DNA of 64,000 nt from Octopus vulgaris (GCA_951406725.2 OX597816.1:85498001-85562000), one strand, 5' to 3'; shown: positions 13,418 to 28,243, numbered from the stretch's first letter. Numbers and translations: made by a program. Notes: a model not told the origin generated them from the letters alone.

Positions 13418-14212
13418 ACTATATATGTTTGTGCGTGTGTGTATGTTATATGTGGATTAGTAAGTGGATATATGTTGGTTTTACTAAGGTGATAGAGACC
13501 GGTTTGTATATAATGTGATGAAATATATGTTATGCTAAAACTATAAAATATGGGACTCTACATTTGCTTATATACACACTCGCACATATTCGTGTTCATC
13601 TGCACACATAAATATTTGCGTGCTTGTGTAATTATGGCTACATACCTAAGTATATACATTCATACTCACGCATACATATCTCTTCATATATATATATGAA
13701 TGCATACTTTTATCTGTCTACCTGCATGAGTGTAACCATAAAAATAAGCAAGTAAGTCTCTATGCGTGCGTCTATATATACGTACCAACATATATATGTA
13801 CGAACATGCCTGTTTTTTGAATGCATATTTTGTCATGACCAACCTAAAAAAAAACGTCAAGAACGTAAGAGTATTGCATTTCACAATCATTTCGCACAAA
13901 ATTCTGAATATCATCTTTAATCTGAACTATTTTTGAAATGAACTTTGTTACCTCAGAAATTGCTAGTCATGCCTACAGCATTGCTTAAAGCATTTCATAT
14001 AATACAAATGACAATGAAAATAAAAATATTATTTCCAGGTAGAGAAGAATGGGCTGTTAAAAGAATATATATCTGTCATGGCAATAGTGCATGTGAGTAA
14101 TATCTATATGTAACAGAAGGATTCTATTGCCGGTTTGAACTACTACTTTCCAACCACACATAAGTATATGCAAGCATACATACATGCAGACATACATATG
14201 TACATTAAATGA

Positions 14213-14246
<34 letters not shown>

Positions 14247-14283
14247 TTGGCTGTATACATAATCAAGAATATACACTAACATT

Positions 14284-14830
14284 ATGAAAATTGAAGCTCC
14301 CCAAAGGTCAATCACGAAAAAGATAGATGGCATATCAGACCTCGACTACTGGGGTCGACTAGAAAAGCCGAAACTCTATTCACTCCAACGCCGCTGTGAA
14401 TGCTACATTATTTGTATGATGTGGAAAATATTCCATCAGCACTGTCCAGATGATGTTGGCATCAACTTCAAAATACACCCGAGACTTGACCCCGTGCCAT
14501 CCGTCCACAACAAAAATCTAAATCGCATCTCATAACAACAATATGGCACAATTATTTCACCTCAATTGGCCCCGCTCTCTTCAACATTACACCAGGACAC
14601 GTCAAAACAGAAACTGACTACACAAAATTCAAGAAGGCTTTGGATAAATTGCTCCAAGCAGTCCCGGACAAACCAACCACACCCGGATATGTCTCCGCAA
14701 ACAATAACTCTCTTCCCGAATGGGCCTTGGTGTCCAAATCCTGAATTGAATGACTTCGCCAGGTGGTGCTATTAAGTTAGGCATGGCCTTGGTCAATACT
14801 GGCTGAAACCTTTCTAAGCTATTCTAAGTT
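14284..14830 (+). mobile_element. CR1/L2-group LINE 3' end (5'-truncated)
   Basis: IEAPQRSITKKIDGISDLDYWGRLEKPKLYSLQRRCECYIICMMWKI is the typical post-RT segment (E.VQR.FT..I..L.Y.ERL..L.LYSL.RRR); short repeated tail TTCTAAG. Confidence 0.8.
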
Positions 14831-15379
14831 ATATTTAAAATCCTAATGAGAATTGTTTACTATTGCTGTCTGATTACACCCCCCCACCACCAATAAAGCT
14901 ATGCATTCACGGGCATATAATTTTATGGATTTAGCTCTTGGTCTGCGGTTCTGGTGGCGGAAGCTCATAAAATTTTTACATGATCATTTTGACCTTTTGT
15001 AATCTTTTTTCACTTATGTAAGTATTTATCAAAATATATATATATTTCAAATCACTAATGTTCGACATAACTCGGGATGCCATATGAACAACAAGAATTT
15101 TGAAATAACTTTTGTTCATTTATACATGTGTTTCGCTGATTTATTTACATAGTACTGAGCTTGTGCAAAATTTACATCTCATTGTCACCGAAAGGTTATC
15201 ATCATCCAATTGAGTATTTTCGTAGGTTAATCTATTGTGAAATTGATATGATTAACTTCACGTTTTGGAAAAGTTCTGCAAATATACATAATGAGTTTAT
15301 TACGTTGTTCATTGGAATACAAGCAAACAAATAAATTGATAGGAATAAATTTACTGGACAGATGGCTACATATACTTGT

Positions 15380-15625
15380 TGAATTATAGCAACTGAATAT
15401 GAAGGTAGTGTAGAGAAAGACATAGGAGAATATCTCAAATTAATGAGATTTTTCTCTAATTTAGAGAACGAAACCAAAATCCTGGCAGCAATCGCCAATG
15501 ATCCTCAAAGTAACGTCCAGATATCAAGAAATGAGCAAATAATAAGGAAGACTTATATTTCGGGCTCTGGACCTCATCATTATAATTGTTCACAATACCA
15601 TGTAACTGAGCTTGTACTGCTGTGA
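15380..15625 (+). mobile_element. Possible Tc1/mariner-type HTH fragment
   Basis: ENETKILAAIANDPQSNVQISR resembles the transposase second HTH (E..IL..V...P..S..QI.R); short and degenerate. Confidence 0.25.
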
Positions 15626-17407
15626 AAAGGATTTTTAAAAAGCGTGCTATAAAGATTGTGCTTTAATAAATTTCTGCTTATTTAACAAAAATAAAATCCC
15701 GTAATAAAATAGAATTCAGCATCCCTATGGAGTGGCTTCAAGGCTGATATGAGATTGTATCAGCTATAAAATGATATCAACTAGTCTAAACCTGTCCAAA
15801 GACATAAATCAATGACTCATTGAAGAGCTTTTATTTGTAGATTTAAAAAGTTTGTTATAAAAATATAAACATAAATACTGATGTTATTGTTAAATACTTC
15901 GATGTTAGTCTCAACATTTACAAAATTTTACAAACCAGTACTAAAGCACAAATATAATTTTATCAGAAACCCACCTACATATTGAAAATAATATATTTCT
16001 TGTATCAGTAGAATTTTTAATATCATCCAGTGTGTAAGAAATTCATACAATTGCTTAACAAACACCAGATTAAAATACATAATTATCTACATCTTCAACA
16101 CCTTGCCATTTCACAGAAGCAATGATTAATCCCTTACAACATTATATACTATGTAAAGAATTTTTAACTATTTCTTAATACACTACGCTTCTAGAAACCT
16201 CTAAAACAGTATTTGAATGTTAAATTTTCTCCTTTAAGGGATAATATGAAAACTCATAAAACAGCAATATAAAAAAGAGCAGGTATACTAAGGAATTCCC
16301 GTTCGAAGAATCATACATTTCCGAAGTAATATTTTGGGGGTTGGAATATTCTCTGTCGTATCAAATTCTATAATAACACCTGAGAAATATCTTGGAATAT
16401 CTGCTTGCGAATTTAAGGAACAATAATTTTGCTATATTTCAATATTCACACATGCAGATGAGAACTCAATACCATAACCAATGTGTAATTCGCAATAACC
16501 TGAAAATACACTGATTTCGATATGGAATATGGAAATGTCGATAAGATTCAATCTAATGGAATGAAAAAGACAAGGTTCTAATTTTTTAGATATATGTGGT
16601 TAAACTGAAATGTATCCACAAAGTATTGGAAAGCAATGCAACAGTATTAAGGAGAAAATGTTAAACGAGGATCATTAGTGGCTTCTTTGTTACCCATACA
16701 TTTTATTATGCATTGGGAAATAGCATCTTCACAAGATGACACTAGGAAGACTTGTCAATTGTTAAATGACAATACAAATATTATTCCGATACGTTGTTGG
16801 AAATCTTGTTTTGGCTTTTTTCTGAAACAAGAGACAAAAAAAAAAAAGAACGCGCATACTTGTGGCCATTATTTGAGTGCATCGACTTAAATTATCTTCC
16901 AAACATATTCTATACACCAAACTGTATTGTAACTTTAATTGGATTCAATAGGGAATATTCTTGGATCAAAATCAGGATGGATGGTGCTTTCACATACAAA
17001 TAAATCAAGTGCAATTCTTCTGATTTTGCTCTCTCAACATATGTGTGCATGTGCTACACACATTCAAATGCACATACATACATACACACATACATACATA
17101 CATACACACATACATACACACATACATACATACGCACATACAGATATACATCCATACATATACAGGTGTGTGTGTTTGTGTGTGTTTATGTGCGTGTTTG
17201 TATTTGTGTGTGCGTGTTTGTGTGTGTGTTTGTAGGTTTTTGTGTGTGTGTGATAAATCATTTTCTCGTTGTAACTGAGCAGATTAAGCTATACAGAATA
17301 GCATGGAGGATATTGAGTTGAAACTCCCTCTAAACAAAGAGAACTTGAAAGCTGCCCGTGGGATTTTTTAGCCAATATTCTAGAGGCTATTATTTATAGG
17401 TCTTTCT

Positions 17408-17544
17408 AAGTCAGCGCGATGACATGATGGTTAACCGATCGGACAAAATGCTGCTAAGACGGACGAAATGCTACTAAGCATTTCGTCCATCTTTACGTTC
17501 TGCATTCAAAATTCCGCAGAGAGCGACTTTGCGTATCATCTTTG

Positions 17545-17548
<4 letters not shown>
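17408..17548 (+). mobile_element. SINE family B, old partial copy
   Basis: GGACGAAATGC, CATTTCGTCC, TTACGTTCTG and CGACTTTGCGTATCATC; contains an internal 20-bp duplication. Confidence 0.6.
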
Positions 17549-17579
<31 letters not shown>

Positions 17580-17648
17580 TTTATACGCCATTACACGTTG
17601 TCATTTGCTAATGGGAGTTACAAAATTGTACTTGTAGACAACAAATGA

Positions 17649-17880
17649 AGGCGGCGAGCTGGCAGAAACGTTAGCACGCCGGGCGAAATGCGTAGCCGTA
17701 TTAGGTCTGCCGTTACGTTCTGAGTTCAAATTCCGCCGAGGTTGACTTTGCCTTTCATCCTTTCGGGGTCGATTAAATAAGTACCAGTTACGCACTGGGG
17801 TCGATATAATCGACTTAATCCGTGTGTCTGTCCTTGTTTGTCCTCTCTGTGTTTAGCCCCTTGTGGGTAGTAAACAAATA
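17649..17880 (+). mobile_element. tRNA-derived SINE family B, full length
   Basis: Head GGCGGCGAGCTGGCAGAAACG, B-box-like GAGTTCAAATTCC, central GCCTTTCATCCTTTCGGGGTCGAT (Deu/Nin-like domain). Highly similar copy at 59818. Confidence 0.9.
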
Positions 17881-19006
17881 CGTACATGTTGACAACATGA
17901 GCGATACTCCCTTTTAGAAAGTCTTCCAGGTAATGCTGAATAAATAATACCAACAATTTTTGATTCTCCTGTTTTGATAGTATTACTGTGCAGAAATATT
18001 TTGCAGTATTTTTAATATTTATGCTTATCTCATACAAAAATAACATCTACATACGTATTCAGGATGCTGATGTAGGTCTCAGTGCTTAAAGAGAACACAT
18101 CTTGGATTTTAACTCTGTCTGCATGATGGGTGTATGTAAAAAATATATATATATAGATAAGGAAATGTTGCGTATACTTTCCATGGTATTGAACGCAGAT
18201 TATTGAAGTCTTTACTGCTATGTATGCGATTTATACTAGTCATTCCCTTGCTTAGCTTTACTTAACATATCGGTGCTGCTATAATATATAGAACTAATAC
18301 TTGCTCATAAGTTTGGCATTACAGGAAATGACTATTTCATGAAAGTAATGTAGATATATACAAGTATAATGAATACACACATATATATATATATATATAT
18401 ACGTATTTGTATATGTAAACTATTTTACCTATTCACATAGATATACATAGGTATTTAAATTATATAACTAACCAAATATATGCATCATTGACTACATTTA
18501 TCCTGCTGTTTTATAGAGTTATGTGAGTTGGGCATCAATGGTAATATTAGTCCAAAATAATGACAGGGAGTATCGTTGAGAAATGTATATCATTGTTGAC
18601 GTTTAGACTATTTAGTTTTAAATGTTTAATAAGAAATAACGCTCCGATTAACAAGAAAAGCTAAGAAATAAAGAAGAAAAAGTCATTTTCCTCCGATTTA
18701 TGAAAAACACGCTCTTTCATAAGAGAACATCAAAAGTAGATTTATTAAAAGGAGACTTCATTCAAGGTTTTCTCTAATGTACATTTTACAACGTAACCAA
18801 AATGGTTTGCTTCTTTAGATGTGAGATTGCTCATAGTTACACTTCGCCGATCTGTAGTAATCTAGCATATACACCTGTTTTACATACACATATCTGTTAT
18901 GTATAAAGTTATAAAACATGTCTCAGAGTGCCTCTGTGATTGTGCGTGCTTTTGTTATCTGGATGTGTATACGTAAATATACGTATGTATGTCTGTGTAT
19001 ATGTGA

Positions 19007-19165
19007 AGGCGCATCACTTAGTGGTCAGGGTTGTGTACTCACGATTGCGAGATCGTGGTTCCGATTCCCAGACCGGGATTTACGTTATGTTCTGGGGCAA
19101 AGTAATTCATTTCATTTTGCTCGTCAATCATTTCGTCATCTGACACGTGACATATGGTACACCTG
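19007..19165 (+). mobile_element. tRNA-derived SINE head, old (related to families C/D)
   Basis: GGCGCAT..CTTAGTGGTCAGGG followed by B-box-like GGTTCCGATTCC. Confidence 0.55.
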
Positions 19166-19204
19166 TACAAATAATATACAAACAAACATACATACACACA
19201 CACA

Positions 19205-19273
<69 letters not shown>

Positions 19274-19277
19274 GTAT

Positions 19278-19458
19278 AGGTGTGGCTATGTGGTAAGTAG
19301 CTTGTTTACCAACCGCATGGTTCAGGGTTTAGTCCCACTTGGGCAAGTGTTCTCTACTATAGCCTCGGGCCGACCATAACCTTGTGAGTGGATTTGGTAG
19401 ACAGAAACTGTAAGAAGCCCTTCGTATTTGTATGTATATATGTATGCATGCGTGAGTG

Positions 19459-19489
<31 letters not shown>

Positions 19490-19705
19490 TTGTTTGTGTC
19501 TGTGTTTGTCCACCACCATCCATTGACAACCGACGCTGGTGTGTTTACGTTTCCGTAACTTACCAGTTCGGCAAAAGATACCGATAAAATAAGCACTAGG
19601 CTTACCGGGAATAAGTCCTGGGGGCGATTTGTTCAACTAAAGGCGGTGCTCCAGCATGGCTGCAGTCAATTGACTGAAACATGTAAAAGAATATAAGAAA
19701 GAAAA
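19278..19705 (+). mobile_element. SINE family A (CORE-like), near full length with internal (TG)n
   Basis: A box TGGCTATGTGG, CORE-like CTTGGGCAAGT, tail GGCGGTGCTCCAGCATGGC..CAGTC..TGACTGAAAC. Confidence 0.9.
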
Positions 19706-19822
19706 GATTATATATATATATATGTATATACAGAGAGAGAGAGAGAGAGCGAGCGAGAGAGAGAGAGAGAGAGAGTTAGATAGATAGATAGATACATACA
19801 TACATACACATATTTTTTACGG

Positions 19823-20199
19823 GTTTCAGTCATGTGACTGCGGCCATGCTGGGACACCGCCTTTTAGCTGAAGATATCGACCCCAAGACTCATCCTTTGC
19901 AAGCCTGGTATTTATTCTATCGGTCTCTTTTGAATTACGGGAAGTAAACACACCAATATCGGTTGTCAAGCGATGTTGGGCGGGGACAAACACAGACACA
20001 AAGACACACATACATAAATATAATATATATATATATTTACAACGTTCTTTCAGTTACCTTCTACCAAATCCACCCGAATGATTTTAGTCCGCCCGAGGAT
20101 TTAATAGACGACACTTGCCCAAGGTGCCATGCAATGGAACTGAATCTAGAACCATGTTGTTCGAAACAAGCTTCTTACCACACAGTGACGCCTGAGCCT
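19823..20199 (-). mobile_element. SINE family A, inverted copy
   Basis: Reverse complement aligns with 19278-19705 over head, core and tail. Confidence 0.85.
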
Positions 20200-20232
20200 A
20201 TATATATATATATATATATATTATAAGATAAT

Positions 20233-20455
20233 TTGGCAGAATCGATAGCATGCTGGGTGAGCTGCTTAGCGGTATTTCGCCCGTCGCAACGTTCTGAGTT
20301 CAAATCCCTCCAAGGTCGACTTTGCTTTTATAGACGTAGGAGTGGCTGTGTGCATAGGCGTAGGAGTGGCTGTGTGGTAAGTAGCTTACTTACGAACCAC
20401 ATGGTTCCGGGTTCAGTCCCACTGCGTGGCACCTTGGGCAAGTGTCTTCAACTAT
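20233..20455 (+). mobile_element. Truncated family B SINE joined to a family A head with a ~24-bp head duplication
   Basis: TGGCAGAATCG..GAGTTCAAATCC..GGTCGACTTTGC, then AGGAGTGGCTGTGTG twice, GGTTCAGTCCC and ACCTTGGGCAAGT. Confidence 0.8.
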
Positions 20456-21024
20456 TTTAAAATCAGAGTGAAAGACAACTGCTCCGAAACATCCAGTTTC
20501 TATACCCAGATTATAAATTCATATTTATACCAATAATAATCATTGCATTTAGTTTTTTGAGTAAATGCTTAACTGATGATCTAGATAAGCTAGGATTTCT
20601 ATAAAGAAAAGATAATAATAAATAAACCAACAGGCTAATGATAGAAATATCATTAGCTCAATAGTAATACAATCTGTAAGTGAAATAATAATAAAAATAT
20701 GCAAGACTTTTATTGACGTTAAAATGTGAATTTTTCATGTTATATAAATTCCAGTGACGTAGTTTTGTATCTTTGTTATAAATCACCTGCTTCCCCAGAG
20801 GAAGAATTTCACTAATTCAATGTAGTAGTTGGGTGTAGCAGTAGATGGATGTGTAGCCAAGAGCCCAGGTGATGCGTGCGTGTGTGTATGTGTATGAGGG
20901 GGTCAAATGTGTTACTGCGTGTGTAGATATGTACGTATGTGTGGGTTGATAGATAGTTACACATATCTATGTGTGCATTTATATATGCATGTCGGTCACA
21001 TATAAATTGGACCGACATGCATTT

Positions 21025-21400
21025 TGAGTGGAAGAGGCGAATAGATTTGAAAGGTTGCCTCAGTGATACCGCTTTCACCAAGTATATTTTTCTACTCAGA
21101 TGCAGGCAAAACTCATTGGTCTGAACTGAGGTGCTTTGAGAGAATGCGCATCGCATTCCTCAGGAAATGCAGCTTGTGAGAAGGGATGGCTTGCTGTATC
21201 ATTTTGCATTGAAATCATCTGCTGTAGATGCTAACGAAAATCAATACAGACGAGTAGAGGATCAGTGCAGATGATAGGGTTGGGAAACAAGTAACACAAA
21301 AAAGACACTAAGGATATAGCCATGGAAGCCGCGAAAAGGTCAACGTGTGAATGTTTGGTAAGAAAACGTAGGTGAAACCCTACTACAGTCGAAAGCTAAT
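21025..21400 (+). mobile_element. Hero/NeSL-like (restriction-like endonuclease) non-LTR retrotransposon 3' remnant
   Basis: Frameshifted motifs EWKRRIDL, SPSIFFYSDAGK..WSEL..FERM (cf. RPDIVL.S...ELTVPWEE), DQCR..GW and KDIAMEAAKRST..LVRKRR* (cf. EAAERAS.WLW.KR). Confidence 0.5.
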
Positions 21401-21597
21401 TCTAACCTTGCCCTGTCAGTCACGCAAATTGAACAGGGCAAAAGGCTAAAAGCATGTGACGCTGGGACAGCTGCTGCAAAAAATACGCGTATTCAAGGAT
21501 TCACTAAATTTAGAAGAAAGTGCATTTTAAATCGTCTATCTCAGAGGTTTATTTCACACATAATCATACACAAATGCATACACAAATGCATACACAA

Positions 21598-21628
<31 letters not shown>

Positions 21629-21782
21629 CACTCACACGTACACACAAACGTGTGCACGCGCACACACATACACACATATATATGCATTTGTGTCTATGTG
21701 TATATATATATATATACATATATATACACACACATATGCATATACATATATGTATATATATATATATATATATAAATATATG

Positions 21783-21813
<31 letters not shown>

Positions 21814-21822
21814 GTGTATGTG

Positions 21823-21871
<49 letters not shown>

Positions 21872-23657
21872 ATATATATATATATGTATATATATATATG
21901 TGTGTGTATATATATATATATATATGTATATAGATACACATACACACACACATATTGGTAAAATTAAACATAATAGCAACGGGGGAATGAAAGGATAATT
22001 CACACTCAAGACACAGTCCTGTCTTCTGTGTGAATTTATACACTTGTTTATTATACTTTCTAGAGTCATTAGACATCGACCATGCTGGGGCAACGACTTA
22101 AATGGCTTAATCGATACAGTTGACCTCATTATTTCTTTAAAATCTAATAGTGTAATATTTATTGAATCGGAATCTTGTTGCCTGAGTGCCATATTGATAC
22201 GAGGTTATTACACAAAGAAACATTGGTTTTCAAGCGATGTGACAAACTGCAATCATTAAGACGTACACATCCGCAAGCGTGTGCGTGAATACACACATAC
22301 ACATGCACACACACACGCACACATGCACTCACACACACATATACTTATACATACACTTATATATGTATGTGTGTGTCCATATTTCTTTAATAAGTGTATT
22401 TGTGCTTACACACACATAAACCCACATACACACTCAAATACATATTTATTTGCACACGTTGACGAATAGATATATGGATACACGTATGTAGTGAGAAATA
22501 CACATAAATATTGAGATGAACTGCCTACTCTGGTTAGTGTTGTATAACCATATATCAAAGATATTCATGAATAAGTGACAAATGAATGAGACGTTATCAG
22601 ATCTTATTAATATACGAATTGAAAACATTCAGTGTTAACATTACACAGGATTCGTCCTGTTTTCTTTTTTTTATATATATTTTGCAAATAAACTGTGTCT
22701 TATTCACGGTGAGATCCTATTTCTATGGACATTAGTCTTTCAAGACATGAATTGGAGAGGTGTCTATATAACCCTTAATTACAAGATACATGGTATGGTT
22801 CTCTGGTTCTGAAAAAGCAGAACTAACTCAACGTGAATGTGTTTGAAGAAGCAAGTACTGTTTCAATAAACAATCTCTCTTTCTGTCTCTTTTTCTCTCA
22901 CCCACTATTTATAGTGTATGTGTGTATGTGTATGTGTGTGTGTGCATAGATGTTTACACATATATGCATTAAAATACACATACAGATATGTTTGTATTTA
23001 AGGTACACAAATATACACACACAGGTACAAAAATACGCACACATAGGTATACAAATACATACGTATTTATGTACATCTGAGTTTGTCTCATATATCTATT
23101 TATATCTATGTATATGTGTGTCAGATATTACGCACAAAATACACACTCACACACAAAAACAAACACACATACACACACACACTACTAAATATATTTATAT
23201 ATCATCGATATCACTACACACATGCAACTAATAGTTGCAACTTTCTTCCTTTACATTTTTTTACATATTATTTACTCTGCTTTGTATATTTATATGTTCA
23301 TTGTGTGTAGCATGCGTTGGCAAGTCTTAACTCAAAGATGTTATATTCATAGTACTGAAAGAAACCCGATTTATCTCTTTTTAATTTCCTCTGTCCTATA
23401 GAAGACATGCGGAAATTTCATTCTAAAGAATTCGAAACGGCTGCCTCCCGTTCTGGAAATATTCCATTAAAACAATGTTATGTAAATATTGGATTTTTTT
23501 ATATATTTGAAACTTTGCAGAAAACTATATTTCTCGATGTGAAAGCATTACTACTGCAAAAGAAGTATCATATCATTTGACGTTATTCAGTGGAGTAAAA
23601 TACACATTTTTGAAGCTTTTTTGTTTCTTTAGTTTTTAATTTATTTATGCTTATCTT

Positions 23658-23728
<71 letters not shown>

Positions 23729-26700
23729 GAAACGATTATATGTAATGTCGGTGAGAGATAGAAAATGATAAGCCGAAAGATCGGCATTTCGTATCTTATT
23801 AACATGAGTTCATTTCAACACAGGAACGTTTGTTTAACTACAGCAGGAATATAATATACGACAGTATACTCTTGTAGCGTATTTGCTAACACATACGATC
23901 AACCGATCAAACATTCAAGTAACACATCTAACAATACAGCCACTGCATAGCTGTTTGATATGATACAAACAGAAGCCAAATTTCCTTCACATCACTCCAT
24001 ACCTCATTATGTTTGGAGCGAATATCATACAATATAGATCTACATGTTGTAACTATGATGAGCGTTTCATATCTGAAGCACCTTAAACTTATTAATCTAG
24101 CACATCAGAGTTGATTTGGAGCTAAACCAATTCAACAACTAATCTGGCAATGTAAACAGTTCCGTTGATCTAACTGCTAAATACAAAGGCCACACCGAAA
24201 TGTACAAGACAAGATTTAAGTGAAGTTGAGTTCATGTATGAAAGTTTATATACTGTTTTTATAGCTATCACATTGGTTAAGATCAGATAATTTCTTTCAA
24301 TTTCCCATTATGCATCTCTAATGCCCATTTTATGCAAATACATCTTCCTTGTATTTTTAACAAATCCATTTTCCATTTTGTTCATTCGAGACTAACGTAA
24401 ACGTACTCAAAAATACATAAAATAAGTGATGAAATTTCAACGAATCGGTTAGACAGACTGCAATTCTTTCATTCATTTTTAGGCATCAGATGAACAATAA
24501 TGAGTATCAATGAATAACCTTTCCTGAAAATAAGAAATTATAGGTATTTTGAATATATATTTAAAAGTTAACATACGTCTTTTGTAAACATATCGTGCTG
24601 CGAGATTATTGTAAAAAATAAAGACCTAACCAATAATTTGAAACTCAAACTTTTATCGATTTCTTACTGAAATTTATTCCCTAATTATACGGTATTTTTA
24701 TTGTTGACGGAGGTTAGAGCATTACGCATATTTAAAAAATGAGTAAGGACGTTTTGCTTTAAGATTATATAACAAATGATGCGCAACCACATTACAAATA
24801 ATGTTTATCATGAAAGCACTTAAAAGGGGCGTCATTCTATAGATTTAGATGTAAAATTTGTTTTATAGTAAAATCCAATTTAGTTTCATTCCATCCCTTT
24901 CAGTTTTAACTCTAACTGAAGTAATAATTTATTCTTACTTTTGATCCTAAACTAGCGATGCATTAGTGTCGATTAAGTCATCAATATGACGTTCCTGAAT
25001 ATTTCTGCTTCGTATACTGGTGCGATATTGTTAATTTATTTGGTTCACAAAGTACATTAGTCTACTTTTTATGGCTAGGAATATAGCAATAAAGTTAATT
25101 GCTTCAAACAAGTATGAAAAATAACTCATCACAGGATTAAATAGTTTGAACTCTGATTAAATATGCTAAATACTGTCAGACAATACTTTTGATTGGAATT
25201 ACAGGAATGGCCTTATCTAGGTTTTGGGCATATTTCGATAAGTTTTAGAAGGATATCATTACATTTTATTTAGTCTTTATAAGCATTGTGCTGTAGAATA
25301 AAGAGTAAAGAGTATCCTACAAGACATTTCCATTCTGCAGTTCTTCCTTTTAATGACTTTACAAAAATCATCAAAACATTAAATAAAAATTACGAAAATT
25401 ACGTATATTAATTTATTTCTGTCTTATTCTGCCATTCTCTTTTCATTTCGTTCTAGGAAGGAAATTATATTAGTCAAAACTATTTCATTTCCGAAGTTAT
25501 TTCAAAGGCTACTTGGTGTGATAGATCTGAATAATACATCAGTTTGATTAAGTCTTTGATTTCATATAATCGAAGCCCACATATTTGAGAATTTCTTACA
25601 CTTAAAATTCCAAACTCGCTTATTTTGATGATATTTAGTCGCCATTGCATAGATTTTTCGATATTAGGTCATCCAAATTATGACTTGTTAAATGCTGGAA
25701 TTAGAACGATATTTCGTGTGCCCCAAGCAAAGAATTTACCATTTTTCGCTCAATGACAATAGACCACTAGTGCCTATGAATACAGGGCTCCAGTAAAATA
25801 ATTTCGACAGGTTTATACAGGCGTTTAGTCGGATGAGAAATTCGTGCACATACATAGCGGTTGCTGCTGTGTCATAAAACACATTTCAAGTTTCCAGTGG
25901 AGCTTTCAAAAAAGAGCAGACAGTTTGTGGTTGGTATTCTAGTAGTTTGTGGTTGGTAATCTAGGAGATATTTTCCGGGAATGTTATTACATTACACGAG
26001 AAGTTCATATTCGCTGAATTAAAAAATAAGTGCTTCCTCCATTTCGATTTCAAAAGGCTGTTACCGTGATTTCTTGTTGAAGATAGTTCTTATGTGGTTG
26101 CTAAAACTTCACTGCTCTGCTCTGAGGGACTTAGTCTTCATAACAAGTAGTTAACCTAATTGTTTTGAGAATAACTTTGGTGTGGTATAATTTCATATAC
26201 ATTACTACCAGCTATGGTTGATACCAAGCTCTCCATTTCTTTAATATCTCACAATAGAAGGTGAGACCGAGAGACAAACATTTGTATCAGATTTTGTTTG
26301 CTATGTCGTGCAGATGACATTGGAGGTTAGAAGAAGCAGATACCACACTTAGTTTTTGTTGCATTCGAAGTGTTTCATATTAAATTTAAAAACAATTAAT
26401 AAAACTACTATTCAGATGGTTTTGTAGCTCACATCATGCCATTGAATCTCTGAAGTAAAATGTTTTCTTTTTCATTGACGAAGGAGCACCACGCAGAATT
26501 TGCATGCATTATCAAAAGTCAATGACGTATTTTCGCCGCGAGCATTACTCCAAAAGGAAGAATGATATGTGTAGTCCCACAAAATTAGTGAAATTTTGTG
26601 TTTGCCGCAGTTGAAATAGAATTCCTTTCAATGTTTACAATAGGCACTTCGTGTTGAACTCATATTTAATACTTGATCTACAAAAAATAATAAGTCTCAA

Positions 26701-27835
26701 AAGCAATTTTTCACTTACGTTTGCTAGAAAAAAATTACAAAATAAAAGCTGATATATTTTTGTAAAACCTCTGAGGCATATTGCATATTGGTAAAATTCA
26801 CTGACTCAGCAGTACTATCAGATGCAGCATCCCGATTTAAGCTTCATTAATTGTCCGAGTTGCCGAGTTTCAAAGTATTATGATCCCTGACCTAATCTTA
26901 CAACATAATTAAACTTCTAAACCATTTTTAACTCTATTCAGAAAGAGCCATTCAAGTATATTGTAATAGGACAACATCAATCCTTGACGTGGATACGTTA
27001 TTTTTAAAACCAGAGCCAATCTAGGAAAAACATGTCATTTTTCATTTAAGCATCCTCAAATTACCATAAATTCACTCGAATATTTTTGGCGATTAAAAAT
27101 AAAAGCTTTCTGTAAACTAGTGTCATTAATAATATTTCTCCAATAAGAAATATATATAATATATATAATAAAATTTCAATCATTATACAGCCAAAATGCT
27201 AACACGGAAGCATAATACGATAATAATTTCAACTAGATTCAAAGCTTTAAACTGCCAAATTGTCTTTGTAATTTAAGATTACTTCAAGTTATGTTGCTCT
27301 ATGAATTCAGTTACATATCCTTTTCATCCTTCAGGTTTTACTTTGTAACGCTAAGCAAAATTACAATTGTAATAGTAGGGAAGCAAAATAGGAATTTTTA
27401 TTAACTGGGTTTAAATTGCAATTAGCGACTTACGAATAACTTCTGATTTCAATAATTGTTTTTCCTTTGCATATCGACTAACACTGATGCAGTTAGAGTT
27501 CCAATAATTACATAGCTTAAAGCTATACCACACAAAGGTAAACAGGGAAAGTTCCTTCAACTAGATATCTTTTTAACTAACAGTGTAGATTTAAATTCCA
27601 AGTCTTTAAAAGCAGAACAGGAATTTAATTTTGATGAATCTCATCCATAAATCATACAAAATTTTTTTATCCGTAGGATCATCTGGCTTCATCTGATTAC
27701 CGATTGTATACTTTTTTATTGCTCCATCACCGAATATGTAGTTACGGTGGTTGTAAATTAAAAAAATATGGGTAGGAATTTTAATTTGGTACGTAATCTA
27801 CATGATAGGTGTGCTGGTTATATCAGCCGAAATGC

Positions 27836-27904
<69 letters not shown>

Positions 27905-28198
27905 TATATATATATATATATAACAGAATTAATATAATAAACCTATCCTAAGGCAGCGAACTCAGTCAATATATGTGTGTTCGTGTACGTGCATGCGTGT
28001 ATGTGCTATGTGTGTGTGTGCGTGCATGCTTGTATGTGCTATGTTTGTATGTGCGTGTGTGGTATGTGTCGTTTTGTCCTTGTATATGTGCATACAACAT
28101 ATTAGTTATTTCGATGACAGCAACTCATATATATGCAGAAATACATATGCACATATTCGCCCACGTTCACACCCTTACACTAACTCACCCTCCCTGTC

Positions 28199-28243
<45 letters not shown>

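Noticed and set aside
17649-17740. tRNA gene
   Set aside because: tRNA-like SINE head continuing into a SINE body; no complete cloverleaf.
20181-20187. Isolated CACAGTG heptamers (also at 45781)
   Set aside because: No nonamer-like sequence seen at 12 or 23 nt; they show that heptamers arise easily in CA-rich DNA.
21520-22192. Long YIYI/THTH/CVCV ORFs here and throughout the window
   Set aside because: Dinucleotide microsatellite artefacts.
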